A stretch of 64,000 bases of DNA, taken from NCBI RefSeq assembly GCF_030028105.1, contig NC_092384.1, positions 22,079,629 to 22,143,628 of the forward strand, read 5' to 3'. Shown one piece after another: positions 1 to 11,164 of the stretch. How positions within the stretch are numbered: position 1 is the first letter of the stretch; every line of letters starts with the position of its first letter. This stretch comes from Mobula birostris (lineage: Eukaryota). The notes beneath the pieces were generated by a model. The model saw only the letters and a program-made list of their open reading frames with translations, was not told the DNA's origin and ran no database searches. Both the position numbers and the translations under genes were made by a program.

Positions 1-1010
1 TTTCACCATGGATGTCCTGTCCCTATACACTATCCCCCATTGTGAAGGCTTTAAAGCTCTCTGCTTCCTTGTCAATAAAAGACAGACCAGTTTCTCTTCA
101 CTTCCACTCTCCTCCGTCTGGTCCTCACCCTCAACAATTTCTCCTTTGGCTCATCCCATTTTCTCCAAACTCAGTGGGTAGCCATGGGCACCCACATGGG
201 TCACTGCAATGGCCGCCTCTTTGTTCCAATCTTTCCCTGGTAAAGCTCCCCAACTCTACCTGCGCTACAATGTTGACTGATTTAGTGCTGCTTCATGCAA
301 CCATATTTCATCAACCTTGCTTCCAACTTCCACCCTGCCCTTTGATTCTTTCCGTCCATTTCTGACACCCTCTTCCCCTTTCTCGATCTGTTAACATCTC
401 TGAAGACCAACTGCCTAATGACATCTTTTATAAACCTACGGATTTCCACAGCTGGGATGAGACCTTCCTTACCAGGGTATCCACCTTCTTCAATGAATGG
501 GGTTTTTCCTCTCCCCACCATCTATGCTGCCCTCACCTGAATCCCCTCCTCTTCCCGAACATCCACCCACACCCCACCTTCCCACCGCCAGTGATAAGAG
601 TTCCTCATGCCCTTACATACCACTCCTTCAGCCTCCGCAACCAACACATTATCCACCGCAACTTCTGCCATCTCCAAAGTGATCCTACCACTACACATAT
701 CTTTCCCTCCCCCCCCAACATTCCCTTGCCCATTCACCCCTCCCCACTAATCTCCCTCTCAGCACTTATCCGTGCAAGCGATAGAAATGCCACACCTGCC
801 CCATTCACCTCCTCCCTCAACAGTCCTTCCAGGTGAGGCAACAGCTCACCTGCGAAACTTTTGGAGCTGTCTATTGTGTTGGATACTCCCGAAACGGCCT
901 CCTCTATACTGGTGAGACCAATCCTAAATTGGGGGACCGCTTTGTCAAGCATCTTCACTTCATCAGCCAAAAGCGGAATTTCCAGTGGCCCACTATTTTA
1001 AACCTATCCG
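1..1010 (+). mobile_element. Degenerate Penelope-like retroelement fragment (RT and GIY-YIG remnants)
   Basis: Frameshifted RT motifs TMDVLSLYT (from ~5) and AMGTHMG (~181); GIY-YIG-like segment TCETFGAVYCVGYSRNGLLYTGET..LGDRFVKHL (833-960). Confidence 0.85.
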
Positions 1011-1369
1011 CATTCCCTTACGTCTGGGGACGGGACGAAGGATCAGCAAGGGAACCGGGCCATGTTTGAGGCAATTCAGTCAGGCCCGGAACACCGAAAC
1101 TAAAACACCCACGACCCACGATCCAGACCCAGGAGGGATAACATCGCACGCCGGTACCGAGTCGCATGAACTTGCTTTCCGAGGGACGATTTATAGACGG
1201 ACTCTCCCGACAGTCTCATGGAGCATCCCTATATCTCATCCCCCGGCAACATTGACCGTGCAAAGAAATGTCAGCATAAGCGGAATACTCAACAGCGCGG
1301 ACACCGAGAGGCCACTTTCCCTTTTTCCTGATATTGCTAGCGAGGAAACTGAACTGCCAACCGTCGACA

Positions 1370-1690
1370 GGACAGCAGCGTCCAGCGAGTGCGCATGCGC
1401 AGCGACTGTTTCCGGCGCCCCCCCACCCTTTACGCCAAAGATTTGCCCCAAGGGCGGAGAGCCCCGGCCGCTTGCGGCGTCAGTCTTTCCGCCCGGCAGC
1501 CGTGCCACTCCCGGGTTGGGTTGGGTTGGGCGGGGTGCAGGGGGGAGGGACCGGCGCGGCTGCGGAGAGGGACAGGTGGCCCGTCGCCAGGGGGCGCAGC
1601 AGGCGGGAATTTCCTGCCCTTTACGCCGCGGCTGGGCCCTCGCCCCCCGACCGGCGGTCACGTGAGCCCGGGCGGAAGTGGAGGGGCTGG
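1370..1690 (+). promoter_or_regulatory. CpG-island promoter of the Harbinger-derived gene
   Basis: GC- and CpG-rich stretch in otherwise CpG-poor DNA. Perfect NRF1 palindrome TGCGCATGCGCA 1390-1401, ETS-like TTCCGG ~1410 and GGCGGAAGTG 1671-1680, GC box GGGCGG ~1528, E-box GTCACGTGA 1657-1665. Confidence 0.75.
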
Positions 1691-1889
1691 GGAAGCTTTG
1701 GAGAGTCCCTAAAGTTTGCTGCTGTCTGATTCCACAGAGGGAGAGGGGGGTGGGGTTGGTGCCTCCCCTCAGTTCCGTTCACTGAGACCTGCCCCTGCAT
1801 CTGCAACCTCACTCTCCCAGCCCCAGCTTATCACCACACCCATCCATCCATCCATTCATTCATTCAGCAGATATCCAAGTAGAGCAGCT

Positions 1890-3056
1890 ATGGCTTTCCC
1901 CATGAGCATCCCACTCTACACCATAATTGTGGAAGACGAAGAGGAGGAGGAGGAGGAGGAGGAACAGCAGCGAATGGAAGCAAAGAGAATAAGACAGCAT
2001 GGCAAAAGACACCACCCTACCAGGTACTACCCACCACAGCGCATCTATCGGCAACGCCGGTCCTTTGAGGATCTCTCGGAAGAGCTCTGTATTCGACGAG
2101 TGCGATTATCCAAGCGTGCCATTGCGAATCTGTGTGAGCTCCTCCGTGAAGATCTTCAGCCACACTCCACTGCCAGGACGGCATTGTCAGTCGAAATGAA
2201 GGTGACCACCGCCTTGAACTTCTTCGGCACTGGGTCATTTCAGGGGGCGACGGGGAACATGTGCAACATTAGCCAGGGAGCAGTGAGGGCAGCTATTCAG
2301 CAGGTCACAGACGTGCTCTTCAACAAAGCTGCGGGATTTATCAACTTTGGCATCACAGCCAGGCAGCAGAAGGAAAGAGCCAAGGACTTTCGCTGCATTG
2401 CCGGGTTCCCCAAGGTGCAGGGCATTATAGGAGGGACACACGTGGCTCTGAAGGCACCCGCAGAGCAGCCACTGATATTCGTGAACCGAAAAGGGTTTCA
2501 CTCGCTGAATGTTCAGCTTGTTTGCGATGCCCATCAGAAAATCCTGTATGTAAATGCCAAGCACGCAGGCAGCTGTCATGATGCCGTGATTGTACAGCAC
2601 TCGACACTCCCCGACCTCTTCCATGAGGACAACCACGTGCAAGGCTGGCTCCTTGGAGACCGGGCGTACACACTACAGACGTGGCTCATGCCTCCGCTCA
2701 GCCGTCCGAGAACCAAGGCCGAGGAGGCATACAACCAGGCCCAGGCGGCAACACGAGCTGTGGTAGAGAGGGCTATAAGACTGTTGAAAAGTAGATTTCG
2801 CTGCCTGGACAGATCCAGCGGGGCTCTGCAATACACGCCTCAGAGGGTGGCAAGGATTGTTATAGCCTGCTGCGTGCTGCACAATTTTGCTCTTCAGGAA
2901 GGCCACCTTTTCAACATAGACGACGAGGAACCACTGCTCCCAGAGGAAAGGGAGCTCCAGGCCCCGGCGTTGGAAGGGGATGACCAGGAGGATTCTTCCC
3001 TGGATGTGGCAAGGGCCATCCAAAAGCAGATCGTGCAGGAAGAGTTCAGTCACTGA
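1890..3056 (+). CDS. PIF/Harbinger transposase-derived protein (HARBI1-like, DDE_Tnp_4 type), 388 aa, first catalytic Asp replaced by Gly
   Basis: Uninterrupted ORF from ATG 1890 (GCTATGG, good Kozak context) to TGA 3056. Harbinger motifs: ALNFFGTGSFQ, AGFPKVQGIIGGTHV, FVNRKGFHSLNVQLVCD, GSCHD, WLLGDRAY, VVERAIRLLKSRFRCLD, ACCVLHN. N-terminal poly-Glu; AATAAA at 3279-3284. The N-terminus differs from canonical vertebrate HARBI1, so no symbol is given. Confidence 0.9.
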   Translation: MAFPMSIPLYTIIVEDEEEEEEEEEQQRMEAKRIRQHGKRHHPTRYYPPQRIYRQRRSFEDLSEELCIRRVRLSKRAIANLCELLREDLQPHSTARTALSVEMKVTTALNFFGTGSFQGATGNMCNISQGAVRAAIQQVTDVLFNKAAGFINFGITARQQKERAKDFRCIAGFPKVQGIIGGTHVALKAPAEQPLIFVNRKGFHSLNVQLVCDAHQKILYVNAKHAGSCHDAVIVQHSTLPDLFHEDNHVQGWLLGDRAYTLQTWLMPPLSRPRTKAEEAYNQAQAATRAVVERAIRLLKSRFRCLDRSSGALQYTPQRVARIVIACCVLHNFALQEGHLFNIDDEEPLLPEERELQAPALEGDDQEDSSLDVARAIQKQIVQEEFSH

Positions 3057-5214
3057 CAGCGAATCTCAGCATCCCCCTTCAGTGCTAGAAAGTGAGCGCT
3101 CTTTGGACCACTGTTGGCCTTAAGACATGATGACTGCTGAGCAGTCCATGATGTCCAAATACCACCGTGAAAATATTTATCACTACAGGACAAATGTTCA
3201 CACCAGTAGAATGTTCCCTTTCTTGAATGACCTTAATATTCATGAATGACGGGACATGATTAGTGAAAAATGTACATTAATAAAAATATGTTTTTCAGTC
3301 GAAGCAAATTAACATCATGCTTGTAATCTGGACCCTGAGTCATCTTTGTGGCAAATTGTCTTTTAACTATCTCATTCATCTGTTTATGTGCCACCCCAGA
3401 ATCGGGCTGCTAGGCAAAGGATGACGGTGATCCCGTGCAGACGAGATGTGGGTTAGTGGGAGCACTGCTGCTTGCTTCTTCGCAGGGAGCTCTGTGCCAC
3501 TTATTTCCCGCTGACTCCATCTGCAGATAGTGCAACGTGAGGAGGACTAGCCAATGCTGCTCTGACAGAAACCTGCAGGCAGGCAGACTTCAGTCACTTT
3601 CTCCAGCTGAGTCTCCCTACTGTACGTTTCGAATGTGATGCATCGGAACTTGCACCAGCCCGAATGTGACTTTCCCAGGAAACTTGGAAGAAATTAACCT
3701 TGTTGGTGGACTGTAACTTGCTAATGCAATAGTCAATAGGAATTTCATTGTCTTATTTGCATTGTTTTAGATAATTAGACAGTTTGCAAACTGCTCTTTC
3801 AACAGCATTCTTAAATGTAGATCATTGTTTATATAATTAAAATTTATATTAAGTGGTAAAGCTAAATGTTTTGCAAATGTATAGAAAACTGTTACTAATC
3901 AGGAGGTGTATTATGTGATGAACTTATGAACTTCAGGGTGCAGTGAATGATCTAATCTGTTACTCATCTCTGGCCACGACAGTATAGTACTTTGCATAAA
4001 ACACACAAATTTTCACTTATGTTTTATAGATATCATGTTATTTGTGCTATGTGTATGTTTTTAAACATTGAATCAATTTGTATGCAAACTGTCCCACATA
4101 TTGACCGCAGAACCCAACAAATGGTGTTTGTCTGATTGGAGGTTTGTGAGTCTTCTATGCTTCATTATTAACCTGGATACAGGTTATGGTGCTCTCACCT
4201 GCTGCCAGAAATCATGGATCAAGTCCCACCCAGAGACAAAGGCATATAACTTGAGCCAAAATTCATGTGAGGTATTGAAGCAGTGCCACGCTGCAAAACA
4301 TGAGTCTTTCGGGTGGGAAGTTACAGCCCTGTCCTTTCTACCGAACAAAGCAGAAGTTGGATGTTAACCTAGTAAATATTTACTCCTTGACTAACATATC
4401 AAATCTAATTATCCACATATATGTCTCTTGGCTTTACCTGGAATGGATTACACTGTGTCCTGTACATTTCAGTAGTAGTATACTTAACAGATATCAAGGA
4501 ATCTCAGATAACCTGTGGATGTAAATGGTGGAAATTAAATACTCTTCCTTTTGTTCATTTGTTCACACACGCTGACATTAGGATAAAATCGGTCTGTGAT
4601 TGCACTTTGGGTCAATGAACTGTTTACACGGCATGCTTATTGACAGTGCCTTCTTCAAAGTTGGTATTTAAAAGCTAAAAAAGAAGTTAAGGTTGTACTT
4701 CTTTATCAGAAGTTTTCGCTCAAGAAAGTGATTAACCTGCTGTGAATTTATGTTGGTTATTTTCAGTTTTTCAGAATTATCATTCTTTATTTTGTTTTTG
4801 TATTGCTTTACTGAGGCTCCTGATGCAGTAACTTCTAAGCCTTAAATTTAAAGCTGTACACTATTTATAAATCTGTAGTGTAGTGCAATATTTCAAGTTA
4901 ATCTGTGCTAATATTTTTTGGGATGTGAGAAGGATTCCTGCATTCTAACAAGGACCATTCTGTCTGTGATATCTTCTTATACTCCTCTTATTATACAGCT
5001 TCAGAAATAGCGGCACCTTGATGGCCCATCTCCATTCCGGGCCCTGAAAGTCACTCCAGCAAGAGAATGTACAGCCAGTCTGTAAATTAATTGAAGTAAC
5101 TTTATTCAATTCATAGACTGGTTAGCTGCACATAGCAGGGTCTCCTCTTTTTGGAGAGGTCCAATACAGAGCAAAAACATAAAAATTACTATAGTTTTTT
5201 AAAAAAATTCTTAA

Positions 5215-5824
5215 TGAGAACAATATTCTAGAAAAGTTTCAGTCAGGTTTGACAGCAAACCACAGTGTGGAGACAGCCCTGATCAAAATTGTCAGTGCTG
5301 AAGCCAACAGGGTCTCAGTTCCAATTCTCCTAGATCCAAGTTTTGCCTTTGGATGATTGACCACAACGTCCTCCTAGAGCGCCTTGAGAACTGGGCTGGC
5401 CTGTCTGGTAGTGCCCTTAATTAGTTTTGCTCACATATCTCAGAGCAAAAATTTTCTGTCTGCCTTGGAAACCACTTTTTCTAAGAGATACGATGTACCT
5501 TTTGGTATTGCTCAGGAAAGCTGTCTTGGTGCCCTACTCTTCTTATACATGCTCCTCGTAGGAGACATCATTAGAGAGCATAAACTTGATTTTCACAGTT
5601 ATGCAGAGGATACACAATTGTATATCTCCGTTGAGCCTGATGATGATAACATCCTGTCCTCTCTGACTTCTTGTATGGCTGCAAAAACAATAATTTCCTA
5701 AAACTAAATGAAGATAAAACTGAAATACTTTTGGTTGGTTCCAAAACCGAAAGAGACAAACTTCTGATGAACTTGGGAACTTAACTCTCCTTGTAAAATC
5801 AGAAGTAACTAGCTTGGATGTTAA
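5215..5824 (+). mobile_element. L2-clade LINE RT fragment
   Basis: FQSGLTANHSVETALIKI and FHSYAEDTQLYIS resemble L2 RT motifs FQSGFR..HSTETAL and HCYADDTQLY; frameshifted; interrupted by a Penelope element. Confidence 0.8.
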
Positions 5825-6527
5825 GCAACACACATAAAAGTTGCTGGTGAACGCAGCAGGCCAGGCAGCATCTCTAGGAAGAAGTACAGTTGACATTTCG
5901 GGCCAAGACCCTTCGTCAGGACTAACTGAAAGAAGAGCTAGTAAGAGATTTGAAAGTGGGAGGGGGAGATCTGAAATGATAGGAGAAGACAGGAGAGGGA
6001 GGGATGGAGCCAAGAGCTGGACAGTTGATTGGCAAAAGGGATATGAGAGGATCATTGGACAGGAGGCCTAGGGAGAAAGAAAAGGGGGAGGGGGGAAAAA
6101 ACCAGAGGATGGGCAAGGGGTATAGTGAGGGAGACAGAGGAAGAAAAAGGAGAGAGAGAGAAAAAGAATGTGTATATATAAAATAACAGATGGGGTACGA
6201 GGGGGAGGTGGGGCATTAGCGGAAGTTTGAGAAATAGCGGAAGTTCATGCCATCAGGTTGGAGGCTTCCCAGAGGGAATATAAGATGTTGTTCCTCCAAC
6301 CTGAGTGTGGCTTCATCTTTACAGTAGAGGAGGCCATGGACAGACATATCAGAATGGGAATGGGACGTGGAATTAAAATGTATGGCCACTGGAAGATTCT
6401 GCTTTCTCTGGTGGACAGAGCATAGGTGTTCAGCGAAATGATCTCCCGGTCTGCGTCGGGTCTTGCCAATATACAGAAGACCACATCGGGAGCACCGGAC
6501 GCAGTATATCACCCCAGCCGACTCACG
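5825..6527 (-). mobile_element. Penelope-like element 3' part (GIY-YIG endonuclease and pLTR with hammerhead)
   Basis: ORF 6216-6536 has GVIYCVRCSRCGLLYIGKT..FAEHL..HFN; very similar to 33580-34271; hammerhead core at 5888-5923. Confidence 0.92.
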
Positions 6528-8526
6528 TGTCCTCATGGACAGTGTTCATGAACTGTCCTGAAGTCCCTCCCATTCTCATTTGTGACCTCTCTACAGACCA
6601 CCTAATACAGTCTCTCCTGTTCTTCAAGTGCCGTCTTGTCTCTCCATTGACATCACAGACTTCAAACGTGTGCTGTGCATTGATTTTTTGAAAAGTATAG
6701 AAATTTTTGACAGGCCTGTATATTTCAGGTTGAAAGTGTGATCGGAGGTTACAGACCTGAAATCGTATCCTTCTTTCCACAGGCATTGCCTGACCTGCTG
6801 AGCATGTTCTGTTTTTACTTCAGATTTCCATCATTCACAGTATCTTCATTTTGTTTTCATCATCAGTAAACCTATCATATGTGAACTCCATTCCCCGAGC
6901 GCCATCATTTTCCTCCTCTTCCGCTCTTTGCATTCTATCTCTATGACATTATTGTAATAGCCTTACTTGCATTTATTTGCTGCGTTTGTATATCGTCAAC
7001 TCTGAACACGCTTGGACTGCTCTGAAATGTTAAGATTCCTAAGTGAATTCTGTACCACTGCTCTGGCACAGAATTTCTGTATGTGTGTGGGTTCCTCCTT
7101 CCAATTGTTTACAACACAACAAAACAGAAAGATGCAATTCAGACAATGGGATCCATGCCAGTTCACAGGAAAGCAAACTCATTAGTCCCATTGCCCCTTT
7201 CCTTGTTTCCTTGTATCCCCGCAACTCATTTTTTCTCACCTCAACGTGTTTGAAGTACAATGATGCCACTTTCGTTGGCCTCCAAAGGTTTGTGCTTTCC
7301 CGGCTGATGCTGCTGTGCCATCTTAATGATGCACTCTACAACATTAATTTTGTTCCCAGTACTCCTTTGTTCCAGTGCAGTGAAGCCCCACTGCTGTGGT
7401 AAGTCAGCTCTTGATCTGCTTTGTGATCTCAAAAGCTACAAAAAAGAAAAACAAATCCACAATGCCTCATCTTCAATAAGCCGTTAGCAGCTATCTACGT
7501 CTTAATGGAAGGGGCTATCACTTTAAATATCATTGCTTCCTTGATTTCAAATGTGTTTAACTGGGTAGGCTTAAAAACATATGGAATAGTATCAGAAGGA
7601 GAGTATTCATTGCCCTGGAGGCTGCTTTGCCATTCAGTGAGTTATGTTTAATCATTTATCTTGGCACCATTTTCCTGCTCTGTTCTTGTACCCCTGGATT
7701 TCCCGAGCATCTAGAGACCCATCGACCTGTGACTTGACTGAACTCACTTGGCCTCCACAGGTCCTCAGGCAGAGTAATCTAAAGGCTTGAATGAAGAAAC
7801 TCCTGATCAGATCACTTGTCCATATTTTGAGAGGATGATTCCTCCTTCTGCACTCGCCAACAAGGAGAAACCTCCCAAGTTCACCTTCAAAGAATGAGTA
7901 AATGTGTCATGTATGTATTGTGACTTCAAAAGCAGGTCAGTGGTTGAGAGATTCTCTAAGGAGTGACTTGTTCCTCTTGGCCCCAATTAAGAGGGTTATG
8001 GAATAAGTCCTCATTATTCTCTAGAGGTAGGGGTATGGATTTTCTGCAGATAACAAAATAAAATAGATATCATAAAGGGCCTCTCTTTAGCACACAATGC
8101 ACCCCCAAATAAACACAGTTGGAATCATTTGTCATGGATGGAGGTCCTCCAGCCCGGCTTGTAGATGCTGCTCAGGAAGCTCATCAAGGGTAATCCCTTC
8201 TTGTGATTTATTTTGCTCTGTTTTGTGGTGTTCTGTGTTGTATTGCCGAGCATTGTGGGCATGCTACATAGGTGCCGGAATATGTGACAACACTTGCGGG
8301 CTGCCCCCAGCACACTTTCGGGTGTGCTGCCTGTTAACATAAATGACGCATTTTGGTGTATATTTTGAATTTCACGTGATAAATAAACTTGAGTCTTGAA
8401 TTTTGATTCTCATTTGTCTGTATTTCACCTATCCGTAGGCTGCATAATGTTCTAAAAGCTTTAACAAGCCTTAAACACATCAAAGCATACAAATAGCCAA
8501 AGAAAATGATGTTGGCTGATAAATTC

Positions 8527-10214
8527 CATTGTTCCCTCAGGTGCATGGCCATGCAGTGACTGAAATGGTCCAATGCACGTAGCCTTTGGTGCCGCACAGC
8601 TGGAATTTTATTGTATATAATGTTAGCATAATTTTGAAAGTATGTTAATAATTGGAAAAAGTATCAATTTTACAGGATATAGAAACACTGCTATGAACAG
8701 AGTATAAAATGTTCTTCAGGTCATTGGTTAAAAAGGAAAGCTAGAAGAATAAACTTATGTCACAGAATGTGATGTCGTGTCATTTCGACTACTAAACGAA
8801 GTAAGGTGACTGTCAAGACGTTTTGCCATTACTGCTTTAATGAGGACTTATGAAGTTTTGCTCCAGTATTACAAAGAGCAAGTTAATGAATATAATGATC
8901 CAATCAGAAACCTCTGCCTGAAGATTTTGACTAATCCACAATACTGAATAGCATTAACTGTCCTTAACAAAGTCTGGCAACTCTTTGTAAATTCTTTCAG
9001 AAAATGCAGTTTGAATACAACTGAAATATTACAGTATGCAAAAGCAAAAATTAACAAGTCATGGTTATAGTATCTTGGTGATACTATTTATTGGAGTGAC
9101 AAATAGAAAGATTTGCTTGCATCTTTAAGATCTGATGTCAACACTGAACCTACTATTAGATTCATTCAAGATGTGTGTAATCTCTTGGACGGTAGATCTG
9201 ACGATGAGTTAAGAAAATGGCAAGGTTTTGACCCTGTTGCTATTGCAAACACAATCAGTTTTGAATTTGGAAAAGAGGATGTTGTATGACTGACAAAAAA
9301 TACTCAGCTAATATAACAAACCACAACAACAGTGTTGCTTCAAAAATATCGCAGCAATACTGTGAGTTCAAAGTTGTCATTTCTGAAAAAGTTAAGACTG
9401 GTTCAATTAAGACGTTCACTGATATGTTGAACTATATGCTTCGAGATGAAGACTTTGAAGAACTGTCAATTCTTGTTGACATCAGTGGATGATCTATTGA
9501 TGATTCAGACATCTTTCATCTGGATGTGAAATTAATCTGGACAGTGTCTATAGACAATCATTATCATTAAGTGCTATGTTGTTTGATGTGGGCGATCATG
9601 ATCTTTCCATGACCATGATTGTTCTTTGCAAACTTTTCTACATAGGTGATTTGCCATTGCCTTCTTCTGGGCAGTGCCTTTACAAGACAGGTGACCCCAG
9701 TCGTCATCAATACTCTTCAGATATTGTCTACCTGGCATCTGGTCAAATAACCAGGACTTGTGATAACGCACCAGCTGCTCATACAACCACTCATCACCTG
9801 CTCCAATGGTTTCAGTGACCCTGAAAGGGGGGAGGGGACTAAGCAGGTGCCACACCTTGCCACCTTACCCTACACCTTCAGACCAGCGTAGGAAAGGAGT
9901 ACTTCACACCTCCTTTGGTAGAGACGTATCTCCGCCCCACCACCCACTATAGACAATGGATTTGTAATAAAGACAGACAAGAAAACATTACAAAACATGA
10001 AAGATTTTCTTGTATTGTATTTCATTAAACAGTTCAATTAATAAATAAATTCAAAACTATGTGACGTTTCAATTTTCATTCTAAATATTCATAGTATGCA
10101 TTTTACAAAAAAAAACATCTTAAGTGCTGTGCCATTTTTCAAGCCGTGTAAAAATTTCCTGCTCAGAGCAATGGTTGGTCCGCACAGCTGTAAAAAATAT
10201 TAGAGGGAACATTG
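8527..10214 (+). mobile_element. Decayed hAT-superfamily DNA transposon
   Basis: Terminal inverted repeats CATTGTTCCCTC (8527) and GAGGGAACATTG (10203-10214). Transposase remnants EVR*LSRRFAITAL (RWLS motif, ~8800) and ORF 9286-9492. No 8-bp TSD visible. Confidence 0.7.
9559..9946 (-). mobile_element. RTE-related short retroposon nested in the hAT element
   Basis: 11-bp TSD CTATAGACAAT at 9548-9558 and 9947-9957; (ATG)n-like tail; AGAAGAAGGCAATGGCAAAT motif resembling RTE/BovB-related ends. Confidence 0.7.
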
Positions 10215-10547
10215 CTTGTACCAAAACTTATAAGCTATCATCACTGTAAAATCATAAGATGCAGCTGAGTAGACGAGGACTGCTATAGAACGTCTCATAC
10301 CAGAGGGGCACTTGTTCAGAGTTGTTTAGAAACTGATCATTGTATTTATACTGGCGATGTTGGTTCCTTATTGTGGATTGTATATAGATATATTTGCTAA
10401 AAAAAAGTCAAGATGGGGCAACTTTAAAACCAACCCACTATTGACTGCAATAGGCTTGTGATAGAGGAAAACAGACAGAACAAAAGTTCAAGGTTGCACT
10501 CAACGCTGTGTAATTTTTGGTATGGTGAATATCCAGTCTCAGTAAAT

Positions 10548-10745
10548 TAGCAGCATTGTGGGTGGTAAGTCGTACAGATGGTAGATCCGCTACCTCTCAG
10601 CATGGAAAACCTCAGCTCTGTCCGTGTGGGGTTTGCACATTCTCCCTGTGACCGTGTGAGTTTACTCCAGCTCATCCCACATCCCAAAGGTATGCAGCTC
10701 GCCAGGCTAAGTAACCAATCCAAATTGCCCTGGTTTTGTAGATGA
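10548..10745 (+). mobile_element. V-SINE/HE1-like SINE fragment
   Basis: Core GGTTTGCACATTCTCCCTGTGACCGTGTGAGTTT...CCCACATCCCAAAG typical of V-SINEs. Confidence 0.65.
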
Positions 10746-10879
10746 AGGGTCCTGACCCGACGCATCAAGTGTTCATTTCCCTCCATAGATGCAGCCTGGT
10801 CTGATGTGTCCCTCTAGCATTTTGCATGTGTTCGATCAGATTCCAGCATCATAGCCTTGGGAATACCAATACTTCCCTT

Positions 10880-11164
10880 CCCATGGATGGGAGGGATAAG
10901 GAGGGTGAGGGTCGATGGGACTGGGCAGAACGATAGCACTATTATTAGTATACAGAATAATAGGATTTGGGATGTTGACGTTGTATTAGACATCGGAGTA
11001 TTGTGTGCAATTCTGGTCACCTACCCTACAGAAGGGTATCCATAAGATTAAAAGAATGCAGAGAAAATTTACAAGGATGTTACCAGCAGTTGAGGACCTA
11101 AGTTATAGGTAAAGGTAAAAGAGGTTAAGATTTTACTCCCTAAAGCATAGGAAAATGAGGAGAG
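10880..11164 (+). mobile_element. CR1 LINE ORF2 3' fragment
   Basis: GAGTATTGTGTGCAATTCTGGTCACC (EYCVQFWSP) CR1 signature. Confidence 0.7.

Noticed and set aside
985-1729. Several overlapping GC-rich ORFs (226, 141, 131, 107 aa)
   Set aside because: Low-complexity Pro/Gly/Arg translations expected in a CpG island; no domain motifs.
1716-1889. N-terminal extension of the 446-aa Harbinger ORF
   Set aside because: It starts at a non-ATG codon and spans a probable intron with (CCAT)n repeats; ATG 1890 is the better start.
3400-3720. Possible remnant of a convergent Harbinger Myb/SANT ORF2 or a TIR
   Set aside because: Minus-strand translations show no recognisable Myb/SANT motif, and no TIR pair or TWA TSD was found by eye.
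7340-7405. Exon-like segment ending GTG|GTAAGT
   Set aside because: No linkable reading frame or neighbouring exons; probably a chance splice motif.
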